A stretch of DNA of 64,000 nt, taken from assembly GCA_965220015.1 (NCBI GenBank), contig OZ244798.1:2273422-2337421 (forward strand), written 5' to 3'. The stretch is from Chloroflexota bacterium. GTDB lineage: Bacteria; Chloroflexota; UBA11872; VXOZ01. Under the pieces are notes generated by a model. It saw only the letters and a program-made list of their open reading frames with translations. It was not told where the DNA came from and did not search any database. The translations under genes and the position numbers were made by a program. Shown in pieces: positions 47,167 to 55,712 of this stretch. How positions within the stretch are numbered: the stretch's first letter is position 1; each line of letters starts with the position of its first letter.

Positions 47167-48081
47167 ATGTCAATGAGCACACCCCACCGACAGTCTCGAC
47201 TCAATCACGCCCTCGGCGAACTTGGCGCTACGTTCGGCGTTTACCATGATTGGAGTGTCGCGACGTCGTTCAGCACACCAGAAGCGGAAGCAGAGGTGCT
47301 CAAGACCGGCGTGGGACTTGCCGACGTTAGTTGGCTGGGCAAGCTGGAAGTAAAAGGCCGGGAGGAGGAGTTGGTAACCCTCAGTGTGAATGAGGGAGAG
47401 ATTTGGCACCTCGCGCGCGGGCACCTCTTGGTAACCTGCGAACCGGACCGCAAAGAAGAGCTATCCCAGTCACTTGCGGAGCAGATTGCCCGACACGAGA
47501 CGCCAAACTCCGCTCACGACGACGGCAACGTTCGCCCTGAGCCTGTCGCAGGGCAGACCGTCCATGGTTCGACAAGCTCACCACAAACGGAAGATGTGGT
47601 AGATGCAAGCAATGTAGAAGCAGACAGCGGAGATGTAGGCAGTGTAGGAGTAGGCAGTGGAGATGCAGGCAGTGGAAATGCAGACAGTGTAGATGCAGGC
47701 AGTGTGGGCGCAGGCAGTGGAAACGCAGGCAGTGGGAAGATCATTGAGACCGCGCCATGTCTCCACGTCGTAGACGTGACCTCGGCCTTTGCCGGACTGC
47801 TGCTGGCAGGTCCCCACAGCCGCGAGGTCTTGCGACGGCTGGCAGCGCCCGATGTGTCTGATTCCGCCCTAGCCAACAGACAGTGCATCAGCGCCAAAGT
47901 GGCGGGGATCCACACGCGCTTGTTGCGAGAAGACCTGCATGGAATACTCGCCTACACACTACTCGTTGGCACCGAATACGCCGAATACGCTTGGGATACG
48001 ATCCTGCATGCCGGTCGTCAATTCGGCATAATGCCTGTAGGCAGCCAGGCCGTGCATTTGGCGCGCAAAGGTGACCGATGA
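47167..48081 (+). CDS. Sarcosine oxidase gamma-subunit family protein with an ~85-aa repeat-derived insertion
   Basis: The flanks resemble SoxG (GVGLADVSWLGKLEVKG ... LLAGPHSREVLRRL ... GTEYAEYAWDTILHAG). 304 aa versus about 190-210 typical. The central segment comes from a family A element plus a 15-bp tandem repeat. Confidence 0.65.
   Translation: MSMSTPHRQSRLNHALGELGATFGVYHDWSVATSFSTPEAEAEVLKTGVGLADVSWLGKLEVKGREEELVTLSVNEGEIWHLARGHLLVTCEPDRKEELSQSLAEQIARHETPNSAHDDGNVRPEPVAGQTVHGSTSSPQTEDVVDASNVEADSGDVGSVGVGSGDAGSGNADSVDAGSVGAGSGNAGSGKIIETAPCLHVVDVTSAFAGLLLAGPHSREVLRRLAAPDVSDSALANRQCISAKVAGIHTRLLREDLHGILAYTLLVGTEYAEYAWDTILHAGRQFGIMPVGSQAVHLARKGDR
47529..47590. repeat. REP-like element, family A, inserted in-frame in the gamma-subunit gene
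   Basis: The left arm cgttcgccctgagcctgtcg matches the 8351-8441 units. The right arm ttcgacaagctca...aacgg matches 58463-58502 (13 nt identical). The arms form an imperfect inverted repeat. Confidence 0.6.
47608..47740. repeat. About 9 copies of a 15-bp in-frame tandem repeat (core gcaggcagtg)
   Basis: The core (g)g/acagtg recurs at exactly 15-nt spacing: 47608, 47623, 47638, 47653, 47668, 47683, 47698, 47713, 47728. It encodes (A)GSG(D/N)A-type pentapeptides. Confidence 0.8.
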
Positions 48082-49382
48082 TGCCGACTTTGTCGAAGAA
48101 AATGCCGACTTTGTCGAAGATCCAATTGTTTCGCAAGGAGCGCATGTGGCATTCGCATGAGCTCAAGCGGAGCTACGACGTCGTGATAATTGGCGCCGGC
48201 ATCCATGGCCTTGCCACGGCGTACTACCTAGGCAAGGACCACGGCATCACGAATGTGGCGGTGTTGGAGAAACGCTACCTCGGTTCCGGCAACTCGGGAC
48301 GCAACACGGCCATCATCCGCGCAAACTACCGCACACCCGAAGGCGTGCCCTTCTTTGCCCGCTCGTTAGAGCTCTATGAAGACCTGTCGCGCGAACTTGA
48401 GTGGAATCTACTTTTCAACCAATGCGGCCACCTGACGCTGGCCCACACGGACTCATCAGTTGACGGTCTGCGCGTGCGGGCAGAGACCAATCAGATAATG
48501 GGCGTGGACAGCCGCGTCATCTATCCCGAAGAAATCCAGAAACTCGTGCCCGCCCTCGACATGAGCGACCGTCCCCGGTTGCCGGTACTGGCGGCGCTCT
48601 ATCACCCGCCGGGGGGGATTATTCGCCACGACGCCGTGGTTTGGGGGTATGCCCGCGCGTGCGACCGCATGGGAATTGAAATTCATCCGCACACGGAAGC
48701 AACAGCGATCGGCATCAACGGCTCAACGTCATACGATTACTCTGACACTCCGCAAGGAATCGACCACCCTGACGGCAAGATCACCAGTGTAGAAACATCC
48801 GCCGGCAGCATCGCCACCGGCACTGTGGTGAATTGTGCGGCAGGCTGGGCAACGACGGTCTCCCGCATGGCCGGCGTCTCCTTGCCTATAATTACTCAGC
48901 CCTTGCAGGCATGTGTATCAGAACCGCTCAAGCCCTTCCTTGACAAGGTGATCGTCTCCGCAAATCTGCACGTCTACATCAGTCAAACTGATCGGGGCGA
49001 TTGCGTCATGGGCGCTGAAGTTGACCCGCTGCAGTCATATAGCATGCTGGGCACGTTACCTACGCTCGAACAGATGGCCACCTACACCCTGGAACTCTTC
49101 CCACAATTGCACAATGTCAACGTACTGCGGCAGTGGGCGGGAATTTGCGATATGACTCCTGACTTTTCGCCTATCATTGGAGCAGTTGCGGGGTTGGAGG
49201 GGTACCACCTTGACGTCGGCTGGGGAACGTACGGTTTCAAGGCCGGTCCGGTCGCCGGAAAATACCTGGCCGAGCGTATCGCTACCGGTCAAACTCCACA
49301 ACTCATCGAGCCGTTTAGGCTCTCGCGCTTCCGCGATGAGGCGCTTGTGGGCGAAAAAGCAGCAGCAGCAGTGTCACATTAG
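48078..49382 (+). CDS. Sarcosine oxidase beta-subunit family FAD oxidoreductase (N-methylglutamate dehydrogenase catalytic subunit candidate)
   Basis: YDVVIIGAGIHGLATAYYLGKDHGITNVAVLEKRYLGSGNSGRNTAIIRANY (the typical SoxB N-terminus). ATGA overlap with the gamma gene. The start region carries a 21-bp duplication. Confidence 0.85.
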   Translation: MMPTLSKKMPTLSKIQLFRKERMWHSHELKRSYDVVIIGAGIHGLATAYYLGKDHGITNVAVLEKRYLGSGNSGRNTAIIRANYRTPEGVPFFARSLELYEDLSRELEWNLLFNQCGHLTLAHTDSSVDGLRVRAETNQIMGVDSRVIYPEEIQKLVPALDMSDRPRLPVLAALYHPPGGIIRHDAVVWGYARACDRMGIEIHPHTEATAIGINGSTSYDYSDTPQGIDHPDGKITSVETSAGSIATGTVVNCAAGWATTVSRMAGVSLPIITQPLQACVSEPLKPFLDKVIVSANLHVYISQTDRGDCVMGAEVDPLQSYSMLGTLPTLEQMATYTLELFPQLHNVNVLRQWAGICDMTPDFSPIIGAVAGLEGYHLDVGWGTYGFKAGPVAGKYLAERIATGQTPQLIEPFRLSRFRDEALVGEKAAAAVSH

Positions 49383-49402
49383 CGTAAAGGGGAGGACCAC
49401 CC

Positions 49403-50737
49403 ATGACACTCGACGAAGTAAAATCACTGGTTGCAGAGCGCGGCATCAAGTTCTTTCTCTGTTCCTACGTAGAGATGAGCGGCGCGCCCAAGGCAAAGTT
49501 GATACCCGCAACGCACGTAGAAGACATGGCGGACGGCAGCGCAGGGTTTGCCGGGTTTGCCGCTGGCGACATGGGCCAGAGTCCCCACGATCCCGATATG
49601 CTGTGTCACCCCGACCTTAATTCGCTGCTTGTTCTGCCTTGGCGGCCGGACATTGCCTGGGTATCAGGCAACATCTACGTAAACGACGTGCCGTGGCACT
49701 ATGGCCCCCGCACGATCTTGCAACAGCAGTTGGCGAAAGCGGAGCAGGCGGGCTATCGCATGAATGTGGGCACCGAAGCCGAGTTCATGCTGCTCAAGCA
49801 AGACGAGCACGGCGGCTATGCGCCGTGGGACGCGCTCGACACCCTCGACAAGCCCTGCTACGACGTGCGCGCGCTGTACCGGAATCTAGACGTCATTACA
49901 ACGCTGGTGGGCTACATGCAAGATTTAGGGTGGGAGCCGTATGCCTCCGACCATGAGGATGCCACCTGCCAATTCGAACTCAACTGGCTCTATTCGGATG
50001 GGCTCACGACCGCCGACCGCCACACCTTCTTCCGCTGGATGGTCAAGACGGTCGCCGAGGAGCACGGCCTCACCGCCACGTTCATGCCGAAGCCGTTCCA
50101 AAACCTAACCGGCAACGGCGCCCACTGCCACGTCAGCCTCTGGGACCCCGCCAACACCACCAACCTCTTTCTCGATGAAGACGACGAGAATGGTCTTTCA
50201 CAGCTTGCGTACTGGTTTACGGGGGGCGTCTTGCATCACGCCCGCGCGCTTACTGCGGTGACGTGCCCAATTGTAAATAGCTACAAGCGACTGATTCGCG
50301 GTCAGCCACGTTCCGGCGCCACTTGGGCGCCGGTCTACGGCACCTATGGCGGCTCTAACCGCACCCAGATGATCCGCATCCCCGATCCGGGACGCATCGA
50401 GAACCGCATTGTGGACGGCGCTACCAATCCCTATCTCGCTTACACGGTACTTCTGGCCGCCGGCCTGGACGGCATCGCCAACCAGATAGACCCCGGCGTG
50501 CGCAACGACGATAATCTCTACGAGCTATCGGAAGAGGAACTCCACCGCCGCGGTATCACCTTCCTGCCCACCAGCCTCCCCGAGGCGCTGGACGAACTCG
50601 ACAAGGACGATGTTCTCAAGGAAGCCCTGGGACGCGAGTATGCCGACTACTTCATCGCCGTCAAGCGCGACGAATGGAACCGCTACCACCTGAGTGTGAG
50701 CCAATGGGAGCTGGATAACTATATCGGCGTATTCTAG
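49403..50737 (+). CDS. gmaS: Glutamine-synthetase-family enzyme, gamma-glutamylmethylamide synthetase candidate
   Basis: 444 aa with a GS catalytic-domain pattern (GTEAEFMLL, MPKPFQNLTGNGAHCHVSLWD, NSYKRL, NRTQMIRIP..GRIENR). The short N-terminus and position next to the mgs and sox-like genes fit GmaS rather than housekeeping GlnA. Confidence 0.7.
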   Translation: MTLDEVKSLVAERGIKFFLCSYVEMSGAPKAKLIPATHVEDMADGSAGFAGFAAGDMGQSPHDPDMLCHPDLNSLLVLPWRPDIAWVSGNIYVNDVPWHYGPRTILQQQLAKAEQAGYRMNVGTEAEFMLLKQDEHGGYAPWDALDTLDKPCYDVRALYRNLDVITTLVGYMQDLGWEPYASDHEDATCQFELNWLYSDGLTTADRHTFFRWMVKTVAEEHGLTATFMPKPFQNLTGNGAHCHVSLWDPANTTNLFLDEDDENGLSQLAYWFTGGVLHHARALTAVTCPIVNSYKRLIRGQPRSGATWAPVYGTYGGSNRTQMIRIPDPGRIENRIVDGATNPYLAYTVLLAAGLDGIANQIDPGVRNDDNLYELSEEELHRRGITFLPTSLPEALDELDKDDVLKEALGREYADYFIAVKRDEWNRYHLSVSQWELDNYIGVF

Positions 50738-50821
50738 TCGGCAACTCCCGTTTTTGCGCCGGTTATTCGCAGTCAGGTTCAGGCCACGTTCTTAGGACGA
50801 AATTGGAGCGCGAATTTACAT

Positions 50822-50857
50822 GCCGCACTTCGGCTAGACCCGGGGTGCGGCTCTTTG
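50822..50857 (+). terminator. Possible intrinsic terminator after gmaS
   Basis: gccgcac (50822-50828) ... gtgcggc (50845-50851), followed by tctttg. Short stem, large loop, weak U-run. Confidence 0.3.
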
Positions 50858-50869
50858 CACCACTATTGT

Positions 50870-50898
50870 ATGACAAGTCAATTCAAATAGAGTATACT
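50870..50898 (+). promoter_or_regulatory. Putative sigma70-type promoter for the M14-like gene
   Basis: ATGACA (50870-50875), a 17-nt spacer, then TATACT (50893-50898), in an AT-richer stretch about 55 nt upstream of the start codon. Confidence 0.3.
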
Positions 50899-50954
50899 CT
50901 AGTAACTTCTGGAGTCTTATTCACACCTATATATCCAACTGAGAACTGGAGGAC

Positions 50955-52118
50955 ATGATGGCGCGATACCACGACGCAGAATCCGGCATTACGTTGGACA
51001 ACGAATTCGAATGTGCCAGCGCGCGGGGATTTAGCAAGATCGGCCCCGGGCACTACCAGGTAGACTTGCTCATCGAAAACTACAACCCTGCATACCCAGT
51101 GGTATGGGAGTACATGTTCTGCTTCCGGGTGCGGTCGCAGTCAGACCAAGCGCAAACGGTGACGTTTCGCATCATGAAGGGGCGCGGCGGCATTAGCTAT
51201 CTCGATGGGCCGCACTTCGCGAAACGCAACGGCAGCTGGGAACTGATTCCCCGTTCCCAGACGCAGATGAGCGAAGACTGCGTTGAGGTCACACTCGACG
51301 TGGCGGCAGGTGATGAGTTTCTGCTGGGCAATCACCCGTTCCCCACACCGGCCGAGGTGGAGTCCGCAGTGCACGCCACCGCCGCGGCGTTGGACAACTT
51401 CTCCGTGCGCGAATACGGTCGCACACCGGAAAATCGTCCGCTCCTGGCGCTGGAGAGCCAGCCACGAGAGAAGACCGTCATCGTCTTCACCACCATGCAG
51501 CCGGCCGAGCCGGGTGACGTCCCTATTCTCTTCCTCGCTCACTGGCTCAGCAGCGGTTCTGCCGAATCGGAGAGGCTGCTGGAAGAGTATCAATTCTGCC
51601 TGATGCCCATGACGAATCCGGACGGCGCCGTACACGGTCACTCGGTGACGAATGCTGCCGGCGAGGTGCCGCGCTGTCACTTCGAGGACGCAAAATTAGG
51701 CAAGCCTGCCCCCGCCGAGGCCGCCGTGATTTGGAATTACCTGGCGGAAATGAAACCCACCGCGTTCGTCGAGTTTCACATTCACTACCTGGTGCACGCC
51801 CCGCATAAGCTGGTTGGCATCACAGTCAACGAACCCTCAGACGAACGAGGCGTCGTTGCGCTGCCCGCCGCAACCGTTCTATGGGGCGAAATGCTCAAGC
51901 TCAACAGCCAGTGGCGGGCGCGTCTCATCGAAGCCGAGAGCGAGACCTTCCGCAATAGCCTCGATTCAACACTGGCGCGCGACTTTGGCACCCTGGGTTA
52001 TGTCTACCAAATTTACGCTCCCAGTGTGGAGGCTGCCTGCGCCCACGCCGTAGACGTGGTACGCGCAACTATACAAGGTGTGGCCGCAGCCTCTGCTCTT
52101 ACACTACGCAACGCCTAA
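50955..52118 (+). CDS. M14-like metallocarboxypeptidase-fold protein with non-canonical first zinc motif (QxxE)
   Basis: VIVFTTMQPAEPG sits where M14 enzymes have HxxE. MPMTNPDG and FVEFHIH resemble the NPDG and third-ligand His regions. No signal peptide. Confidence 0.45.
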   Translation: MMARYHDAESGITLDNEFECASARGFSKIGPGHYQVDLLIENYNPAYPVVWEYMFCFRVRSQSDQAQTVTFRIMKGRGGISYLDGPHFAKRNGSWELIPRSQTQMSEDCVEVTLDVAAGDEFLLGNHPFPTPAEVESAVHATAAALDNFSVREYGRTPENRPLLALESQPREKTVIVFTTMQPAEPGDVPILFLAHWLSSGSAESERLLEEYQFCLMPMTNPDGAVHGHSVTNAAGEVPRCHFEDAKLGKPAPAEAAVIWNYLAEMKPTAFVEFHIHYLVHAPHKLVGITVNEPSDERGVVALPAATVLWGEMLKLNSQWRARLIEAESETFRNSLDSTLARDFGTLGYVYQIYAPSVEAACAHAVDVVRATIQGVAAASALTLRNA

Positions 52119-52376
52119 ACCATCTTTGTATCGAAGTTTTATTTGCTAACACGCAGCATCGCAGCCTTATACAGATAGACAAATGGGTTTTTCTGATGTA
52201 GCCTACAGGCAGGCAGGGAGAGCAATGATAGTAGTGCGGGGAAGCGGTGGCAATCCCGCGGCATGCGGACTGAGCTTGGAGGCAGTACGAAGAAGGAGGT
52301 GCAAGTAGCAACGACATCGCGCCGTTATCCCCAAACGCAAGAGTGACAGTGGTACGACGGAGAAAGGACGAAAAGA

Positions 52377-53816
52377 ATGGCAATTCACAATCGTCATCTC
52401 ACACGCAGGAGTGTCCTAGCCGGTATCGGAGGATCAATTGGCATTGTGGCATTCGCCGCGTGCGCCCAAGGGGCTGCAACGCAGATGCCTGCAGAAGAGC
52501 CAAAGGCCGAAGCTGAGGAGCCTAAGCAGGCTGAAGAAGCGCCGGTAATGGAGACAGTTACGGTGCGCGCCGGTTGGATTTCCAACGATGCCTCGGTGAT
52601 CGAACCCTTCTACGGCGATCTGCTCGTCGCCAGTTTCGAAGAGGCGCATCCGAACATCAAGGTGGATTGGGAAGGCGCGCCCGCCAGAGAACACCATGCT
52701 AAGCTCCACACCCAGTTGGCCGCAAACGAAGCGCCGGACGTGTTCCATAGCGACGGCGTCCGCTACGCGCTCTTCCGTGACTCCGGCTACATCAACGATC
52801 TCGCGCCTTTCTTGCAGCGCGACGCCGGGGCGCTGCAAGGCGTAATCGGCCCCGACTTCTTCCGCGATCCCGACGGCAGTACGTGGGGCATCTCCAGCAG
52901 CATCGGCGGCGTCGCCACGGCGTACAACACGGCGCATTTCGATAAGTTCGGTGTCAACCGGCTCCCCGAGGGCGGACTGAACTGGAACCCGACCAACGGC
53001 GGTGAATTCTTGGAGATCGCGCAAGAGCTCACCAAGCGCGGCAGCATCGAGGCGGACCCGGTCTGGGGATTCTTCAACAACAAACAAATCACGGGCGACG
53101 TCCTGAGCCTGCTCGTGCAAAACGGCACGAATTTCCTCAGCGATGACTACCGCCGCTCGCGCATCCATGAACCGGAATTCATGGAAGTGGTGGAGTTCCT
53201 GCACAACCTGGAGTTCAAGTGGCAGGTGTCACCGAATCCTGAAGATGTCGCGCTGTTGCGGGAGGCCATACCCGAGGGGCAGACCTACCACGCGCCGTTT
53301 GCTTTCCAGCGGACGGCGATGATGAATCTGCTCATGGGTCAGTCCGGCAGTTGGGGCGGACCCGATCCGGAGAGTTTGCCGGTGGTGGCGGTGAAGTTCC
53401 TGAACGGCCCGCAGAACGACAAGGTGCCGAGCGGAGGCCGGGTCATGGAGCATTGGGGCAGCACGCAGCAACCCGACGAGGCCTGGGACCTGATGCGCTT
53501 CTTCCTAACCGACCAGGAAGTGAACATCGCGACCTTCACCGTGCTGAAGTCCGGCTTGCCGCCCAACACCACCTTCTGGGACGACGAGCGCCTCTATGTG
53601 AAAGCCGGTCGCCCGCCCCGTGAAATCGAGGCGTACATGGCAACGTTGCGCGAGGGCAAGGGCTATTACTGGCAAGTAAACGGCGTGTGGCGCGATTGGA
53701 TCGTTGCCTACCGCACCGGACAGGCAGCGATTTGGGCCGGCGAGGTCACGGTAGAGGAGGCTATGCAGCAAGCCAGCAAGGAGGCGCAGGCTGCGTTGGA
53801 CGAGTATTACGGCTAA
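52377..53816 (+). CDS. ABC transporter substrate-binding protein (family 1), Tat/lipoprotein signal, orphan; paralog of 55713-57155
   Basis: TRRSVLAGIGGSIGIVAFAACA. Long collinear similarity to the 55713 gene (e.g. RRSRIHEPEF, LEFK..VSPNP.D, GQSGSWG.P.PE.LP, YWQVNGVW). Confidence 0.8.
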   Translation: MAIHNRHLTRRSVLAGIGGSIGIVAFAACAQGAATQMPAEEPKAEAEEPKQAEEAPVMETVTVRAGWISNDASVIEPFYGDLLVASFEEAHPNIKVDWEGAPAREHHAKLHTQLAANEAPDVFHSDGVRYALFRDSGYINDLAPFLQRDAGALQGVIGPDFFRDPDGSTWGISSSIGGVATAYNTAHFDKFGVNRLPEGGLNWNPTNGGEFLEIAQELTKRGSIEADPVWGFFNNKQITGDVLSLLVQNGTNFLSDDYRRSRIHEPEFMEVVEFLHNLEFKWQVSPNPEDVALLREAIPEGQTYHAPFAFQRTAMMNLLMGQSGSWGGPDPESLPVVAVKFLNGPQNDKVPSGGRVMEHWGSTQQPDEAWDLMRFFLTDQEVNIATFTVLKSGLPPNTTFWDDERLYVKAGRPPREIEAYMATLREGKGYYWQVNGVWRDWIVAYRTGQAAIWAGEVTVEEAMQQASKEAQAALDEYYG

Positions 53817-53865
53817 ACGGTCTTACGTACTCGCCCCGCTGGTTTAGAGACACAAGACAGAGATT

Positions 53866-53896
53866 GCGCCGCTTCTCGCGATGAGAGAAGCGGCGC
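53866..53896. terminator. Perfect 12-bp hairpin between convergent genes (probable bidirectional terminator)
   Basis: gcgccgcttctc (53866-53877), loop gcgatga, then gagaagcggcgc (53885-53896), followed by gtcactttct. Confidence 0.5.
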
Positions 53897-53987
53897 GTCA
53901 CTTTCTGGCGTCCTTGTGTCGGCAGTGAGTATAGATCGCCAACAACCCTCAATTGCCACTCGATCTGAGCCGGAACGAGACCGGCAC

Positions 53988-55379
53988 CTACACGGGAGCC
54001 CCTAAGGCCAATCGGACCTCTGTCTGGAGATAGAGCGTCCCCTGCTGCCGCTGTTGCGCAGAGAGTTGGCTTCGAGGATCACAGACGACTACCAAGCTAT
54101 CCTTGCCCTCTGGGATCCGGAAGGGCACCTCGCAAATCGCTTCTTCCCGTCCTACCACAGTTTGCACGAGCGCATGGCCGAGTTGCACGCCGCCTCCCTC
54201 GTCGATCGGCCCATCGAAGACCATCACCGCAACGTCACGCGCGTCCAATACTCCCCTGTTCGCTAGGGTCACCTGTACACGACCGAGCTCCCGCTTCAGT
54301 TCGGAAACTTTAACCGCAGCGATATCGAGTTCGCATTCCGCGCGGTCGACGGACACGGCGGCATGCGCATCAATTAGTCCGTGACCGAGGAACGGATTCC
54401 AGCCTGAACCGGTGGGCTGATACGCCGTATTGCGGATCACCATCCGCACCTGCTCAGCCGTTAGACCGGGATGCCGCGACCAAGTCAGCGCCGCGAGGCC
54501 GGATACATGGGGGATTGCCATGCACCCACCCGACCACTCCACGTAACCTCCATGCTCGCTTGAAATCGTGCTCAGAACGCCATACTCCTGTTGTGGGTGC
54601 GCCCCGAGCGCCGTTTTCATAACGTCCTCCCCCGCCAGCGGCAATATGCGCCGCGAGGGATCATTGACGAGGTCGTAGCTGCGCCAGCCGGAAGGGGCCG
54701 CGACCTCTGTCAGGTCGCCATAGTCGCTGAAGTCTGCCATGCGGCCGCTCTTGTCGGCGGACGCCACGTTGACTACGCCCGGGCAGAGCGCGGGGTACTT
54801 GGCAACGTTGTGCGCTTGATTGCCGCCGGTTGCATTCACGATGATAACCTCATGCTGCTGTGCGTAGAGACAAGCCTCCAGCAGCGCTTCAGAGTGGGGC
54901 GGTGTCCAAGCGCTGTAAATCGTCGGCAGGTCATGCTTGATGTTGTACATGTAGCCCACGTTGCTCAGGTTTACGACCCGCGCGCCGTTGTCCACCGCAA
55001 ACCGGATGCCCCGCGCGATCTCGGCATCGTCATATGCATTTATCCGGATAGGAAGAATGCGGCACTCCGGCGCAACACCGGCTATGCCAATACCATTGTC
55101 CGCCCGCGCGGCAATGATGCCGGAGACGTGCGTGCCGTGATCGGTGCAGTCTTTGTGCTTGCGGGGCTGGGAGGTATCCTCAACGCTGTCGTCATCATCC
55201 CAGAGGTCCCAACCCGGGAGAAACTGTCCCTCCAGGTCCGGGTGACCCACGTCAAAGCCCTTTTCGATTATGGCCACGACCACGTCGGGACTTCCGCGGG
55301 TAATCTCCCACGCGGAGGGAGCGTTGATAAGATGTAATCCCCACTGCTGTGCAAACAGTGGGTCATTTACCGGCATCAT
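53988..55379 (-). CDS. S8 (subtilisin-like) family protein with Glu-His-Cys in the catalytic-triad positions, no signal peptide or propeptide, C-terminal beta-sandwich (CARDB-like) domain
   Basis: VVVAIIEKGFDVGHPDL (canonical V.V.D[ST]G.D..HPDL; Glu39 codon GAA at 55263-55265). DHGTHVSGIIAA (His81). SGGCMAIPHVSGLAAL (canonical SGTSMAAPHV.G; Cys286 codon TGC at 54522-54524). Starts MMPVNDPLFAQQWGL, which is the normal start of the mature domain. Confidence 0.8.
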   Translation of the reverse strand: MMPVNDPLFAQQWGLHLINAPSAWEITRGSPDVVVAIIEKGFDVGHPDLEGQFLPGWDLWDDDDSVEDTSQPRKHKDCTDHGTHVSGIIAARADNGIGIAGVAPECRILPIRINAYDDAEIARGIRFAVDNGARVVNLSNVGYMYNIKHDLPTIYSAWTPPHSEALLEACLYAQQHEVIIVNATGGNQAHNVAKYPALCPGVVNVASADKSGRMADFSDYGDLTEVAAPSGWRSYDLVNDPSRRILPLAGEDVMKTALGAHPQQEYGVLSTISSEHGGYVEWSGGCMAIPHVSGLAALTWSRHPGLTAEQVRMVIRNTAYQPTGSGWNPFLGHGLIDAHAAVSVDRAECELDIAAVKVSELKRELGRVQVTLANRGVLDARDVAVMVFDGPIDEGGGVQLGHALVQTVVGREEAICEVPFRIPEGKDSLVVVCDPRSQLSAQQRQQGTLYLQTEVRLALGAPV

Positions 55380-55712
55380 GGTGGTATTCCTTTTGGTGCT
55401 GCGACCAGACCTCTATACCCTTGGCATTCGCAATCCAAATGTCACTTGACGTACGTTCACTCTGGCTTGTTTGAGTGAGAATGTCAATCTTTGCGCTAGA
55501 AGCCTAGCGACTCCACTTGACGACAACAGCCCGAATAGTACACTATCTGTATGAGAAACAGAGTTCTGCAGAGTGCCAATTTCGAACGACACGAAAGGAG
55601 AGACAACACAGACGATCCAGGCAGTTCTGCACCGGACTCGGTACATCATCGGCGCTCTAAACGCAATGGTGTTCCGATCAACTGTAAACAGACTTTCATG
55701 AGGGGGTAATCA

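Noticed and set aside
52169-52178. 10-mer atacagatag shared (in inverted orientation) with 55543-55552, upstream of the two paralogous SBP genes. Possible common operator.
   Set aside because: By my rough estimate, one such match between two ~300-bp regions has a chance probability of order 0.1-0.2. Both copies overlap -10-like TATAC sequences, which may explain the match.
52230-52300. Cobalamin-riboswitch-like string (ggggaagcggtggcaatcccgcggc...gactg) in the leader of the SBP gene.
   Set aside because: The resemblance to the GGGAA..GGTG..AA..CC core is only partial, with no recognisable B12 box (GCCACTG-like). The downstream SBP is not BtuF-like. An Infernal scan would be needed to revive this.
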